Positions 18,550 to 27,546 of a DNA stretch of 64,000 bases are shown in pieces. The position numbers and the translations under genes were made by a program. Source of the stretch: an uncultured Acidobacteriota bacterium (lineage in GTDB: Bacteria > Acidobacteriota > Vicinamibacteria > Vicinamibacterales > UBA8438); NCBI GenBank assembly GCA_913043225.1, contig CAJWLU010000011.1, forward strand, positions 32,001 through 96,000, in the 5' to 3' direction. Under the pieces are notes generated by a model. That model saw nothing but the letters and a program-made list of their open reading frames with translations, searched no databases and had not been told where the DNA came from. Position 1 is the first letter of the stretch, and the number at the start of each line of letters is the position of its first letter.

Positions 18550-18861
18550 TCAGTCTTCCGCGTCGGTGTCCTCGAAGAGGGCAGCGCCCAATTCGCTCAG
18601 GGCGGCGCGCTGCGCCTTGTATTCACGGAGGATGTGGCCTGCGTCGTTCCCTATTTGCGTCAGCTCGGTGTTCTGGAACCAATCGCCCGCCTTGGTGCGC
18701 GCAGCAATGTCAGTGGCGATCAGGGTCTGCTCGATCACCACCGAAGTGTCTCGCTCAACCAGCGCGATCACCTCCCGCACGGCCTCCCGTACGGCCGGGT
18801 CGTCGACCCGTTCTACGAGCATACGCAGTGCTGACAGCGGATCGGTTTCAGCGTCAGTCAT
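18550..18861 (-). CDS. Small helical hypothetical protein
   Basis: 103-aa ORF with host-like codon usage and an acidic helical sequence. Confidence 0.65.
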   Translation of the reverse strand: MTDAETDPLSALRMLVERVDDPAVREAVREVIALVERDTSVVIEQTLIATDIAARTKAGDWFQNTELTQIGNDAGHILREYKAQRAALSELGAALFEDTDAED

Positions 18862-19100
18862 GGTGCGTGATACGTGAGTTCAGATGAACGACTGGTCGGG
18901 CTCGAAAACGGGCACTGGGCCGCGTCCATGTGATTCGCTCCTTTGATGTGCCACCAGACGCTGACAATCACAGAGAAAGCATATCCGCGCACGCCGATCC
19001 AGGCATCGTCACATGTATCACAACGGTACGAGAAACCGCCGATACTTCGAACTGCCTCTTGCGAGACCCATCTACCGCAACAGATGCAGGTAGTCTTCAT
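18858..19100 (-). CDS. Possible small zinc-ribbon-like protein
   Basis: CICC...CDTC pairs; ATGA overlap with the downstream gene; atypical codon usage. Confidence 0.3.
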   Translation of the reverse strand: MKTTCICCGRWVSQEAVRSIGGFSYRCDTCDDAWIGVRGYAFSVIVSVWWHIKGANHMDAAQCPFSSPTSRSSELTYHAP

Positions 19101-19538
19101 GACCGTGCGTCCACAACTCGTTCTCGGCGCATAGATGCCGACGCGCGCCAGCCGGTTCTCCCAAGCCCGTGTTCCCTCGAGACCTCACCGACAAAGCCAC
19201 ATGAAATGATACGCCTTTTGAGCTGGGCAATAAACCCATTATTTCCAGCATCTTCCGTCGATCTAAGCAGCCCAGAACCATCGCGCAAACGTTGCCGTTT
19301 GACGTCCAACGCAGACCAACGCGCGGTCTTAGGCAGAGAAGCCCGCTGCACGCGAAGAGAAGGCCGGCTCCGTTCCAGCGGCCTTCGTACCCACAGTGCC
19401 AGGAACGACGCTCGAACAAGGAATCGACGGATTTCCGTCGACGAGACACGGGTTAAGGAAACACACCAATGACACATCCGGAATCGGCAGACTCGACGGA
19501 GAGAGACACATCAATGCCAGACTTATAATGTCCAGACA

Positions 19539-20018
19539 ATGCGCCACACTCTGTTGACGTGCCTGTGTCTCTCGCTGACCGCGAGTGGATGCGGCGGGGC
19601 CCAGGGCGGAGCCGACGCCAGCGCCGGCGAACCGGTGGCGCTGTCGGTCGACCCACAATCCAGGTGGCGTGGGCTCCGGATCGAAGGAGCCACGGATCTG
19701 CCAGATGGCGCCGTCGTCTCCTATCGGGTAACGCACTCGGTTGCTAACGAGCTACCGCCTAGCGAATGGCCAGCCACCAACCTGATCGACGATGGCACGG
19801 CCGTGGTCCAGGACGGCGTGTACTGGGCCGAACTCAACACCACCTACTGGCCGTCCGGGCAGGTGGACGTGCGAGTGCAGTTTCCCGTGGCACCACAACC
19901 GGACGACGTGCGCGCACGCTACGGCGACTTCGGCGAACAATTAATTGGCGAAAACGTCCAATCGCTGGGCGGCTCGAACGTGGTGGTGACCGAGCAGACT
20001 CTCGAGTGGACACGATAG
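19539..20018 (+). CDS. Hypothetical lipoprotein
   Basis: Lipobox ASGC; TATAAT upstream; stop overlaps the hisC start. Confidence 0.75.
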   Translation: MRHTLLTCLCLSLTASGCGGAQGGADASAGEPVALSVDPQSRWRGLRIEGATDLPDGAVVSYRVTHSVANELPPSEWPATNLIDDGTAVVQDGVYWAELNTTYWPSGQVDVRVQFPVAPQPDDVRARYGDFGEQLIGENVQSLGGSNVVVTEQTLEWTR

Positions 20019-21088
20019 TGGCTACCAGCCGCTTCTTTCGCCCCGCCGTCGCCCGGCTTGAGCCCTACACGCCGGGGCGGCAACCAGCCCCTGACGCCCG
20101 AGTAGTAAAACTCAATACCAACGAAAATCCCTACCCGCCTAGCCCTGCGGCCCAGGCGGCGCTTGCCTCCCTCGACGTCGATGGTCTACGCCGCTATCCG
20201 GACCCGATGGCGGCGACCTTCCAGCAGGCGGTAGCTGAGACACTCGGCGTGGCTGCAGACTGGGTACTGGCCGGTAACGGCAGCGACGACCTGCTCACGA
20301 TGCTGTTCCGAGCGGTGGCCGGCCCCGGTCGGGCGGTTGCCTACCCCAACCCCACCTACGTGCTGTATCGCACCCTGTCCGCCATGCAGGAAGCGCCGGT
20401 CATCGAAGCGCCGTTCGACTCCGACTACCGGCTCCCGGTCGACGCCCTGATCACGGCGGGCGCGCCGTTGACGCTGGTCGCCAATCCGAACAGCCCGTCC
20501 GGCACACTGGTTCAACTCGACGATCTCGACCGGCTGGCCGCCGGCCTAGACGGGCTGCTGGTCGTCGACGAAGCGTACGTCGCCTTCGCCAGTAGCGACG
20601 CGCTGCCGCTGATCCGATCCCATGACAACGTGCTGGTCCTACGCACCTTGTCGAAGAGCCACGGTCTGGCCGGACTGCGTCTCGGGTTCGCCGTGGGACA
20701 ACCGGACGTACTCGCGGGCCTGACCAAAGTGAAGGACAGCTACAACGTCGATGCGGTCGCCATGAAGATAGGCGCCTCGGCACTGCGCGACACTACTTAC
20801 ACGGCGGAGGTAGTTGCCAGGATCATCGCCACCCGTACCCGCCTGGTCACCGCGCTCGAACAACGTGGCTTCCGGGTGTGGCCAAGCCAGGCCAATTTCG
20901 TGCTGGCCCGCCCCGTCGATGGTGATGCGCGGCGACTGCACGCGGGTCTTGATGCTCGCGGCGTGCTCGTGCGCTATTTCGACGAGCCTGGCCTGGATGA
21001 CTGCCTGCGCATCACGGTGGGCACCGACGAGGAACAAGCCCGGCTGCTCGACGCCCTATCGGAGCTACAACCGCCGGCGAACGCCTGA
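20018..21088 (+). CDS. hisC: Histidinol-phosphate aminotransferase
   Basis: KLNTNENPY, GNGSDD, NPNSPSG, VDEAY and RTLSKSHGLAGLRLG (PLP lysine); start reassigned to GTG 20018. Confidence 0.93.
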   Translation: MATSRFFRPAVARLEPYTPGRQPAPDARVVKLNTNENPYPPSPAAQAALASLDVDGLRRYPDPMAATFQQAVAETLGVAADWVLAGNGSDDLLTMLFRAVAGPGRAVAYPNPTYVLYRTLSAMQEAPVIEAPFDSDYRLPVDALITAGAPLTLVANPNSPSGTLVQLDDLDRLAAGLDGLLVVDEAYVAFASSDALPLIRSHDNVLVLRTLSKSHGLAGLRLGFAVGQPDVLAGLTKVKDSYNVDAVAMKIGASALRDTTYTAEVVARIIATRTRLVTALEQRGFRVWPSQANFVLARPVDGDARRLHAGLDARGVLVRYFDEPGLDDCLRITVGTDEEQARLLDALSELQPPANA

Positions 21089-21331
21089 ACACGCTATCCC
21101 GGTGCCTGCTGATCGTGCGCCGGGACGACGTCGATCGCCGCTGGTGGCATCGTCACGCCACCTAGCCCAACCGCTTTCCGATGGCCGTCGAACGAGCCAA
21201 GCGTTTCCCCCAGTATGCGATCATCGACCTCTGGCACACCGAAGAGCAAGCTCACGTTCGCCTTATCGGAAACGTTCCGACTGCCGCCTCCGCCGGCTTC
21301 CGCCGACGACCCGGTATAATGTGCCACTTTG

Positions 21332-22288
21332 ATGGTTAGACCTGCGGTCCCCGGCAAGGACTCCCTTCGAAAACGGCACGCACACGCGTTTCCTCCCATC
21401 CTGCATGTGGAGTTGACCAACGAGTGCAACCTCGAGTGTCCGATGTGCGCCCGCACCACCAGCATGACCCGACCGGTGCAGCACATGAACACGGATCTGT
21501 TCCGACGCATCATCGATGACGTGGCGGGACGCGGGGTGCAGAAGCTCTGGCTGCACCACTTCGGCGAGTCGCTTCTCCATCCCCAAGCGTACGAGCTGAT
21601 TGAGTACGCGGCACGGAAGAAAGACCTCGGACTGGTGGCCCTCTCGACCAACGCCACCACCCTGAACGAGAAGAACGCGCGCAGACTGATCAAGACTAGG
21701 CTGCACCATCTCATTCTCTCGGTCGACGCCCACTCGGACGACGTCTACACTGTCGTGCGCGGCTTCGACTTCGAGCGGGTGCTGGCCAACGTTCGCGGCT
21801 TCCTCGCCCTGCACAAGGAGACGGAGTCGAAGATGAGCGTGGCGCTGCTGTTCATCAATATGGGCATCAAGCGTCACGAACTCGAGGCGTTCAAAGAGGC
21901 CTGGGCACCCTACGAAACCAAGCGGGTCAAGGTGGTCATCAAGAAGATGACCAACTACGGTGGCGTAATCGACACCTCCCAATTCGCCGGCGGGCAGTCC
22001 GACACCGAGGTCTACGACCGGTCGCGACGCCGCAGCTGCCCCAAGCTGTGGGACAGCCTGACTATCCAATCGAACGGGCAGGTGGTGGCCTGTGGCTACG
22101 ACGTGAACGGCACTATGCCCTACGGCAATGCGAGCGACATGACGCTGCTCGATGCCTGGAACGGCGACGCGATCGAGGAACTCCGACAGCGGCACGTCGA
22201 GCTGAACTTCAACGATCTCCCGCTGTGTGACGGATGCGATAAGACGTTCAAGAAACGCCGGACTGCACCCGACGACGACCTCATCTAG
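21332..22288 (+). CDS. Radical SAM protein with a SPASM/twitch domain
   Basis: CNLECPMC cluster motif; GESLLHP; STNA; C-terminal CPKLW...GQVVACGYD...YGN...CDGC. Confidence 0.92.
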   Translation: MVRPAVPGKDSLRKRHAHAFPPILHVELTNECNLECPMCARTTSMTRPVQHMNTDLFRRIIDDVAGRGVQKLWLHHFGESLLHPQAYELIEYAARKKDLGLVALSTNATTLNEKNARRLIKTRLHHLILSVDAHSDDVYTVVRGFDFERVLANVRGFLALHKETESKMSVALLFINMGIKRHELEAFKEAWAPYETKRVKVVIKKMTNYGGVIDTSQFAGGQSDTEVYDRSRRRSCPKLWDSLTIQSNGQVVACGYDVNGTMPYGNASDMTLLDAWNGDAIEELRQRHVELNFNDLPLCDGCDKTFKKRRTAPDDDLI

Positions 22289-22333
22289 GCCCCTCGCTAT
22301 CCCGGCAGCCTCTTCCGACCGATAACGGGAGAC

Positions 22334-22588
22334 ATGGTACGCTTCTCTCACCCGACTCGTGCGGTCGACGATCAAATCACCATCTGGTGCGAGCGCCTGG
22401 ACGAGGGGTTCCGTCTCGTACATCGGCTGCCTAGCGGCAGCCTGTCAGCCGAGCGCTTCGGCGACCGGATGACGCTATTCGACGCCACGGTGCGCCTGCA
22501 GACGCAACTGACGGGCGCCGGCTGGCGGCCCGCTCCGATTACAAGTGCCAGTTCGCGCGCGGCGCGCGCCGGCCACTTTCGTCGCTGA
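22334..22588 (+). CDS. Small hypothetical protein
   Basis: GGGAG SD; 84-aa ORF ending in an LxxAGW motif. Confidence 0.55.
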   Translation: MVRFSHPTRAVDDQITIWCERLDEGFRLVHRLPSGSLSAERFGDRMTLFDATVRLQTQLTGAGWRPAPITSASSRAARAGHFRR

Positions 22589-22604
22589 CGCCCAAGAGCG
22601 GCCG

Positions 22605-23189
22605 ATGACCGTTGCCATCGATGTGGCACTACTGCTTGGCACCAAGGCCAAAGCTCTAGCGACCAGCCTGAACAAGCGGACCGTCCCAGCGGGGCCGGAC
22701 GGCTTCAGGTTCGACGCCCATCACCTTCCACACGTCACACTCGGTCAACACTTCGTCAAGGAGTCCGCGCTGGACGCGATCGGCGCGGCGCTCGCGGCGC
22801 TGGCCGGGACAGCCTCGAAGGTGGCGCTCCACGTCACTGGTATCGAACGCGGCCGGACCGCGCAGGTGCTGACCATCGCCTCGACCGCTCCGCTCGACGC
22901 GTTACACACTGCAGTAATGGAGGTTATGCATCCGTTCGAGGTGAACGAAGGCGACGCCGCCGCCTTCGCTACCGGCCCAGCTGCCAGACCGGCCGATGTC
23001 GCCTGGGTCCGCGACTTCCGCACCGCGGCCGCTTACGAACGGTTCCATCCCCACATCACCATCGGCATCGGCGGCCCACCCCTAGCGGCGGTTCCCTTTC
23101 GCGCCCACCCTGACCGGATGGGCGTCTGCCGGCTGGGACGGTTCTGCACCTGCGGCAAACCGATCGCGGCATGGACGCTGGGCACATAG
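22605..23189 (+). CDS. 2H phosphoesterase (2'-5' RNA ligase-like) family protein
   Basis: Two HxT motifs (PHVTL, PHITI); start ATG 22605. Confidence 0.85.
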   Translation: MTVAIDVALLLGTKAKALATSLNKRTVPAGPDGFRFDAHHLPHVTLGQHFVKESALDAIGAALAALAGTASKVALHVTGIERGRTAQVLTIASTAPLDALHTAVMEVMHPFEVNEGDAAAFATGPAARPADVAWVRDFRTAAAYERFHPHITIGIGGPPLAAVPFRAHPDRMGVCRLGRFCTCGKPIAAWTLGT

Positions 23190-23344
23190 CGCTTCCATGG
23201 AGCTTCGCCTCAAAGTCCGTGCTGAGCTAGTAGGCCCGACCACGCCGCCCCGCTTGGCTCGCTGCGGCGCCCGGCAGGCTCGTTCTTCACCAGCCTACTG
23301 GGGTTCGCAACGGCTGAGGTAGGATCCGGCCGAGGAGTGTGCCC

Positions 23345-24106
23345 ATGACCATGCGTGCCGGACTGCTTGTCGTCCTGCTATCGTCGATCGGTTGCTCGAC
23401 ATCGGTTACCGTCGAACCCGAGGCAGCCGAAACCTCACGTCAGAGCGCCGCCACCGAGACGTCGTTTACGCCCCGAACCGTAACCGAAGCTGACATCCCG
23501 GCCGACATCGACCACGGGTCGTGGGCGCGGCTCCCCACCATTCAGCGTGAGAACCTCGACGCCGACGGCCAGCGAGTATTCGACCTCATCGTGAACCCAG
23601 GCAGCCGTTACTCAAGCGGTCTTCGGGGCCCAATCGGAATGTGGATGTACAGTCCGCCGATGGCCGAACATCTGTTCCCCGCCAGCACTTATCTGCGTTT
23701 CGGCCACGATAACGAACGCGACCAGCGCCTAGTCGAGTTGGCCATCCTCGCAGCGGCCCGGGCACTGAACAGCCAGTACGAATGGTCAGCCCATGAAGGG
23801 CTCGGACGCAGCGCTGGTTTGGAGGAAGGGATCATCGACCTGGTACGGCATGGCCGGTCGGTGGACGTCGAAGGCCTTCCTGGGTTCGGGGAGGTCGAGC
23901 GCACCATCGTATCCCTCGTGCGACAGTTGATCCTCGAACCGAAGGTCGATGTGGAAACCTTTGCCACCGCCCGGCGGCTGTTCAGCGAGCAGGGCCTGAT
24001 GGACCTCGCCGGGCTGGTCGGCCACTACACCACGGTCAACTACACACTCAAGACCTTCGACGTGCAGCGCTCGCCTGGCCAGGAACTCGGCCTACCGCTC
24101 CCCTGA
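23345..24106 (+). CDS. Carboxymuconolactone decarboxylase/AhpD-like lipoprotein
   Basis: Lipobox-like SIGC; ELAILAAAR, QYEWSAH and DLAGLVGHY motifs. Confidence 0.8.
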   Translation: MTMRAGLLVVLLSSIGCSTSVTVEPEAAETSRQSAATETSFTPRTVTEADIPADIDHGSWARLPTIQRENLDADGQRVFDLIVNPGSRYSSGLRGPIGMWMYSPPMAEHLFPASTYLRFGHDNERDQRLVELAILAAARALNSQYEWSAHEGLGRSAGLEEGIIDLVRHGRSVDVEGLPGFGEVERTIVSLVRQLILEPKVDVETFATARRLFSEQGLMDLAGLVGHYTTVNYTLKTFDVQRSPGQELGLPLP

Positions 24107-24298
24107 CCTGCGCTTAGGTGAGACGGAAGGTCAACCCACCGATGGTGCGCCAGAAATTCGGTGCAGCGTCAATGTGTACGAATCGTGAGTCAAGGTCAGC
24201 GCCAGCACCTGGCCCATCCAGACCTGTGCCTCTGCTCCCAACTAGAACGCGGGCTGAACCTCGACCCAGCCAGCCGGCGCCACAGCCCCTCCCAGAGG

Positions 24299-24757
24299 AT
24301 GAAGGCCTCCAAGACCACGCGTACCCCCTCTATACTGGCGCCAGCGATGGTGTGGGGTGTAGTCGGCCTCTCGGCACTCGGCTTCGTCATCTCGAGCTAT
24401 GTGACCGGGGTAGCGTTCCATTGGGTCCGTCCAGATACGCGGTGGGTCCCTCCGGTATGCCGGATGGAAGAGGAAACCTGCGCCCTGGTGGTGTTCACCC
24501 CACAGGCGCGGCTGTTCGGCCCCCCGAACTCACTGCTTGGACAGGTCTTCTACATGGCGTTGCCACTGGCGGCGCTGGCGGGCGCGCTCGATCTAGACTG
24601 GGCGCGTCTCGCCATCCAGACAATCAGCCTGGCCACGGTCATCCTCGGACTGTATCTGACCTACGCGCTACTCTTCATCAACCGCGTGCACTGCGTGCTG
24701 TGCTACATCTCGCACGTCATCAACACGGCACTATTCGTGCTGTTGCTGATGACCTGA
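24299..24757 (+). CDS. Vitamin K epoxide reductase (VKOR) family protein
   Basis: Loop Cys pair CRMEEETC; ARLFGPPNSLLG; CVLC active site; four TM segments; start uncertain. Confidence 0.88.
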   Translation: MKASKTTRTPSILAPAMVWGVVGLSALGFVISSYVTGVAFHWVRPDTRWVPPVCRMEEETCALVVFTPQARLFGPPNSLLGQVFYMALPLAALAGALDLDWARLAIQTISLATVILGLYLTYALLFINRVHCVLCYISHVINTALFVLLLMT

Positions 24758-25612
24758 GCGGCCTGTCTTAGCGTCGTCGATCGGAACGAGGCGTCGGCGC
24801 TCGTCCAGGATCAGCCGATACTCAGACGCGCGCTTCCATACCCGGTTGGCCATCTCGGTGAGGTGAACTGCCTTCAGCCCAAAGTAGAGGAATAAGGCGC
24901 CGGTGGCGCCCACTACGGCGGCCTGCAAGCCGGAAATAGCGACGCCACCGACCTGTGGCGCCAGCCGGCCCAGCCCCTGATACACCAGAAACCCAAGGAC
25001 GGCCAGCATCGGCCCGGTAACGGTACGGACGCTCCACGACGCCACGCGCGACTGCTTCTCCATCAACGCACCAACCGTGCGCAGCCGGTCGAGCGACACC
25101 TCGAGCTGGTCGAAATCATTGCCCGACAGTACCTCGCGCAGCGGCACCTGCGCCCGGCAGGCTCTGGCGACCCGCCGGTCACCACGCACCCAGGACAACC
25201 CGTTCACCGACAACGTCCAATCGGGAAACTGATCACGCAGTCGACCAAGCAACCGCTCTCGCCCCTCAGAGCTATGTTCGTGCACCGTTGAAGCGGTATC
25301 GATCTCGACCCGACGCCGCGAAGGAATCAGCACGATCTCGTGCAGTTCACCATCGTCGTGCGTCTCGACATAGGCGGCGGCGTGTGGAGCGATACCTTCG
25401 TGCAACATCGCCTCGTGATCGAGACACGGCAACCCGGGCACCGGCGGATCAAGCGGCACCTCGAGGCGATACAGCTTGATGGCTCTTAGATCGGCGAATA
25501 CCCGGACGGCCTCGAACACATCGGCACAGGCCTGACAGTCAGCCATCGACAACGACTCGTCTGGCCGGCGCGTGTCGGACGACGAAGCGGTCGTAGTAGA
25601 GGCGTCGTGCAT
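24731..25612 (-). CDS. Hypothetical protein with two C-terminal TM helices
   Basis: 3' part of the 518-aa track ORF (the 5' part is the antisense shadow of the next gene); start at 25612 or 25546. Confidence 0.65.
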   Translation of the reverse strand: MHDASTTTASSSDTRRPDESLSMADCQACADVFEAVRVFADLRAIKLYRLEVPLDPPVPGLPCLDHEAMLHEGIAPHAAAYVETHDDGELHEIVLIPSRRRVEIDTASTVHEHSSEGRERLLGRLRDQFPDWTLSVNGLSWVRGDRRVARACRAQVPLREVLSGNDFDQLEVSLDRLRTVGALMEKQSRVASWSVRTVTGPMLAVLGFLVYQGLGRLAPQVGGVAISGLQAAVVGATGALFLYFGLKAVHLTEMANRVWKRASEYRLILDERRRLVPIDDAKTGRSGHQQQHE

Positions 25613-25766
25613 CGCTCTAATGCCCAGCGCGCGAAGCCCTCGCGCACGGTCCGGCCACCATATCACGGCCGTCTCGAACCAACCGCACCCCTCCCGCAGC
25701 GTGCCCTCGACCCTCGCAATATAATCCAGCACACACGGCGCCAGACGCGCCGGCGAGGAGGACTCG

Positions 25767-26792
25767 ATGTCGGACCAGCAGTGGTACATGGCAAAGCACG
25801 GGCACCAGATCGGCCCCATGTCGGAAGCCGAGCTCATCGGCAATATCCAGAACGGTAGCGCCGAGGCCAAGACACTGGTGTTCACCTCCGGCATGACCAA
25901 CTGGACGCCACTGGGTAAGGTGCCGCAGCTGGCCGCCCGGCTAAGCGGCGGACAGGACGTGCCCACACCTCCGATGCCACCGGGACGGACCGCCCACGAG
26001 ATCGACTTTGCGGTCGAAGGCACCGAGATGCAATACGTCGAGGTGGAGCTCGACCCGGGCGAGAGCGCTGTAGCCGAAGCAGGCGCGATGATGTATATGA
26101 CCCAAGGCATCAGCATGGAGACCGTCTTCGGAGATGCCAGCCACCAGCAGGAACAGTCGGGACTTATGGACAAGCTGCTGGGCGCAGGCAAGCGGCTGCT
26201 CACGGGTGAGAGCCTCTTCATGACGGTGTTCACCAACAGCGGCTCTGGCAAGCAGCAGGTCGCCTTCGCCGCCCCATACGCCGGCAAGATCCTGTCGATG
26301 GATCTATCGGAGCTCGGGGGCGAGCTGATCTGTCAGAAAGACTCGTTCCTGTGCGCAGCCAAAGGGGTGAGCATCGGTATCGCTTTTCAGAAGAAGATCG
26401 GCGTCGGGCTGTTCGGCGGCGAGGGGTTCATCATGCAACGGCTCCAGGGCGACGGACTGTCGTTCCTGCACGCCGGCGGCACGGTACACCTGGTGCACCT
26501 GAAGCCGGGCGAGACCCTGCGAGTGGACACCGGTTGCCTGGTGGCGCTGCAGCCGAGCGTGGACTACGACATCCAGTTCGTGGGCGGCATCAAAACGGCC
26601 CTGTTTGGCGGCGAGGGGCTGTTCTTTGCCCAGCTCCGTGGTCCGGGGCGGGTCTGGCTGCAGTCTCTGCCGCTAAGCCGGCTAGCCGACCGCATTTACA
26701 AGGCAGCCCCGCAGACCGGCGGTCGACGCCAGGGCGAGGGCTCGATTCTGGACAACATCGGAGGCTTAGGTAACCTCATAGATGGTAAGTAA
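25767..26792 (+). CDS. TIGR00266/AIM24-family protein with an N-terminal GYF_2 domain
   Basis: WY...QIGP...LVF..GM.NW (GYF_2); AEAGAMMYM, GESLFMT, FGGEGF and WLQSLP; GAGGAGG SD. Confidence 0.92.
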   Translation: MSDQQWYMAKHGHQIGPMSEAELIGNIQNGSAEAKTLVFTSGMTNWTPLGKVPQLAARLSGGQDVPTPPMPPGRTAHEIDFAVEGTEMQYVEVELDPGESAVAEAGAMMYMTQGISMETVFGDASHQQEQSGLMDKLLGAGKRLLTGESLFMTVFTNSGSGKQQVAFAAPYAGKILSMDLSELGGELICQKDSFLCAAKGVSIGIAFQKKIGVGLFGGEGFIMQRLQGDGLSFLHAGGTVHLVHLKPGETLRVDTGCLVALQPSVDYDIQFVGGIKTALFGGEGLFFAQLRGPGRVWLQSLPLSRLADRIYKAAPQTGGRRQGEGSILDNIGGLGNLIDGK

Positions 26793-26937
26793 GGACTTGC
26801 TCATTCATATGCCCGGGTCGACAGTGATATAATCCACCCGGCGTAGGAAGAGGTAGTTTCGTCCCTGCGCACCGCTCAAATCGGCATCTTGCACTGGGCG
26901 CCTCGGGTGCCCAAGATCGCCCCTTAGCACACGAGGT

Positions 26938-27417
26938 ATGAGGACTATGCGGAACCCGTCTGCAGACAAGAGCCGCCGTCGAGTGGCAGCTATTTTCGTC
27001 GCGGCGCTATGCGCCGTTGTGGCCATGTTCGCTGGCGCCCCGGGCCTTTCGACCGTGGCCGCACAGGAAGCCACCATCTGGGACGGTGTCTACACCGAAG
27101 AGCAGGCCGAGCGCGGCATGAAGGTCTACGAGCAGGAATGCGCGGCATGCCACCTGGACGATCTAATGGGCGACGGCATCGCGCCGGCCCTGGTGGGATC
27201 GTCGTTCTTCTTCCGGTGGAGCGACCTCTCGGTTGGTGACATGTATGCCGCCATCCGCACCACCATGCCGCAGGGCGCACCGGCCAGCTTGAGTCCGGCG
27301 GGCTACGCTGAGATTTCGGCCTACATGCTGCAGAAGAACAACGTACCGGCTGGTGATACCGAGTTGTCGTCGGACATGGACGACCTCGAGGTCATCACCA
27401 TCACCGATTCGCAGTAG
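26938..27417 (+). CDS. Exported monoheme cytochrome c
   Basis: Signal peptide; WDGVYTEEQAERG; CAACH; TMP distal Met; start 26938 or 26947. Confidence 0.9.
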   Translation: MRTMRNPSADKSRRRVAAIFVAALCAVVAMFAGAPGLSTVAAQEATIWDGVYTEEQAERGMKVYEQECAACHLDDLMGDGIAPALVGSSFFFRWSDLSVGDMYAAIRTTMPQGAPASLSPAGYAEISAYMLQKNNVPAGDTELSSDMDDLEVITITDSQ

Positions 27418-27546
27418 CACCCTACGCCCTGGCGCCGCTCCGCGGCGCCGGGGCGCTCCTCCCTTCCCCGCCAAGACGTCCGGCGTGGGCTCCTTCCCTC
27501 GACACCAATTGGACTCGGGATTGGTGGGTTCCGTGCCGCCGGCCTT

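Noticed and set aside
21090..21339. 52-codon ORF (ATG 21181) as a precursor peptide for the radical SAM enzyme
   Set aside because: It has no SD, it runs through the radical SAM promoter and start, and it continues upstream past a TAG, so it is more likely a remnant or chance ORF.
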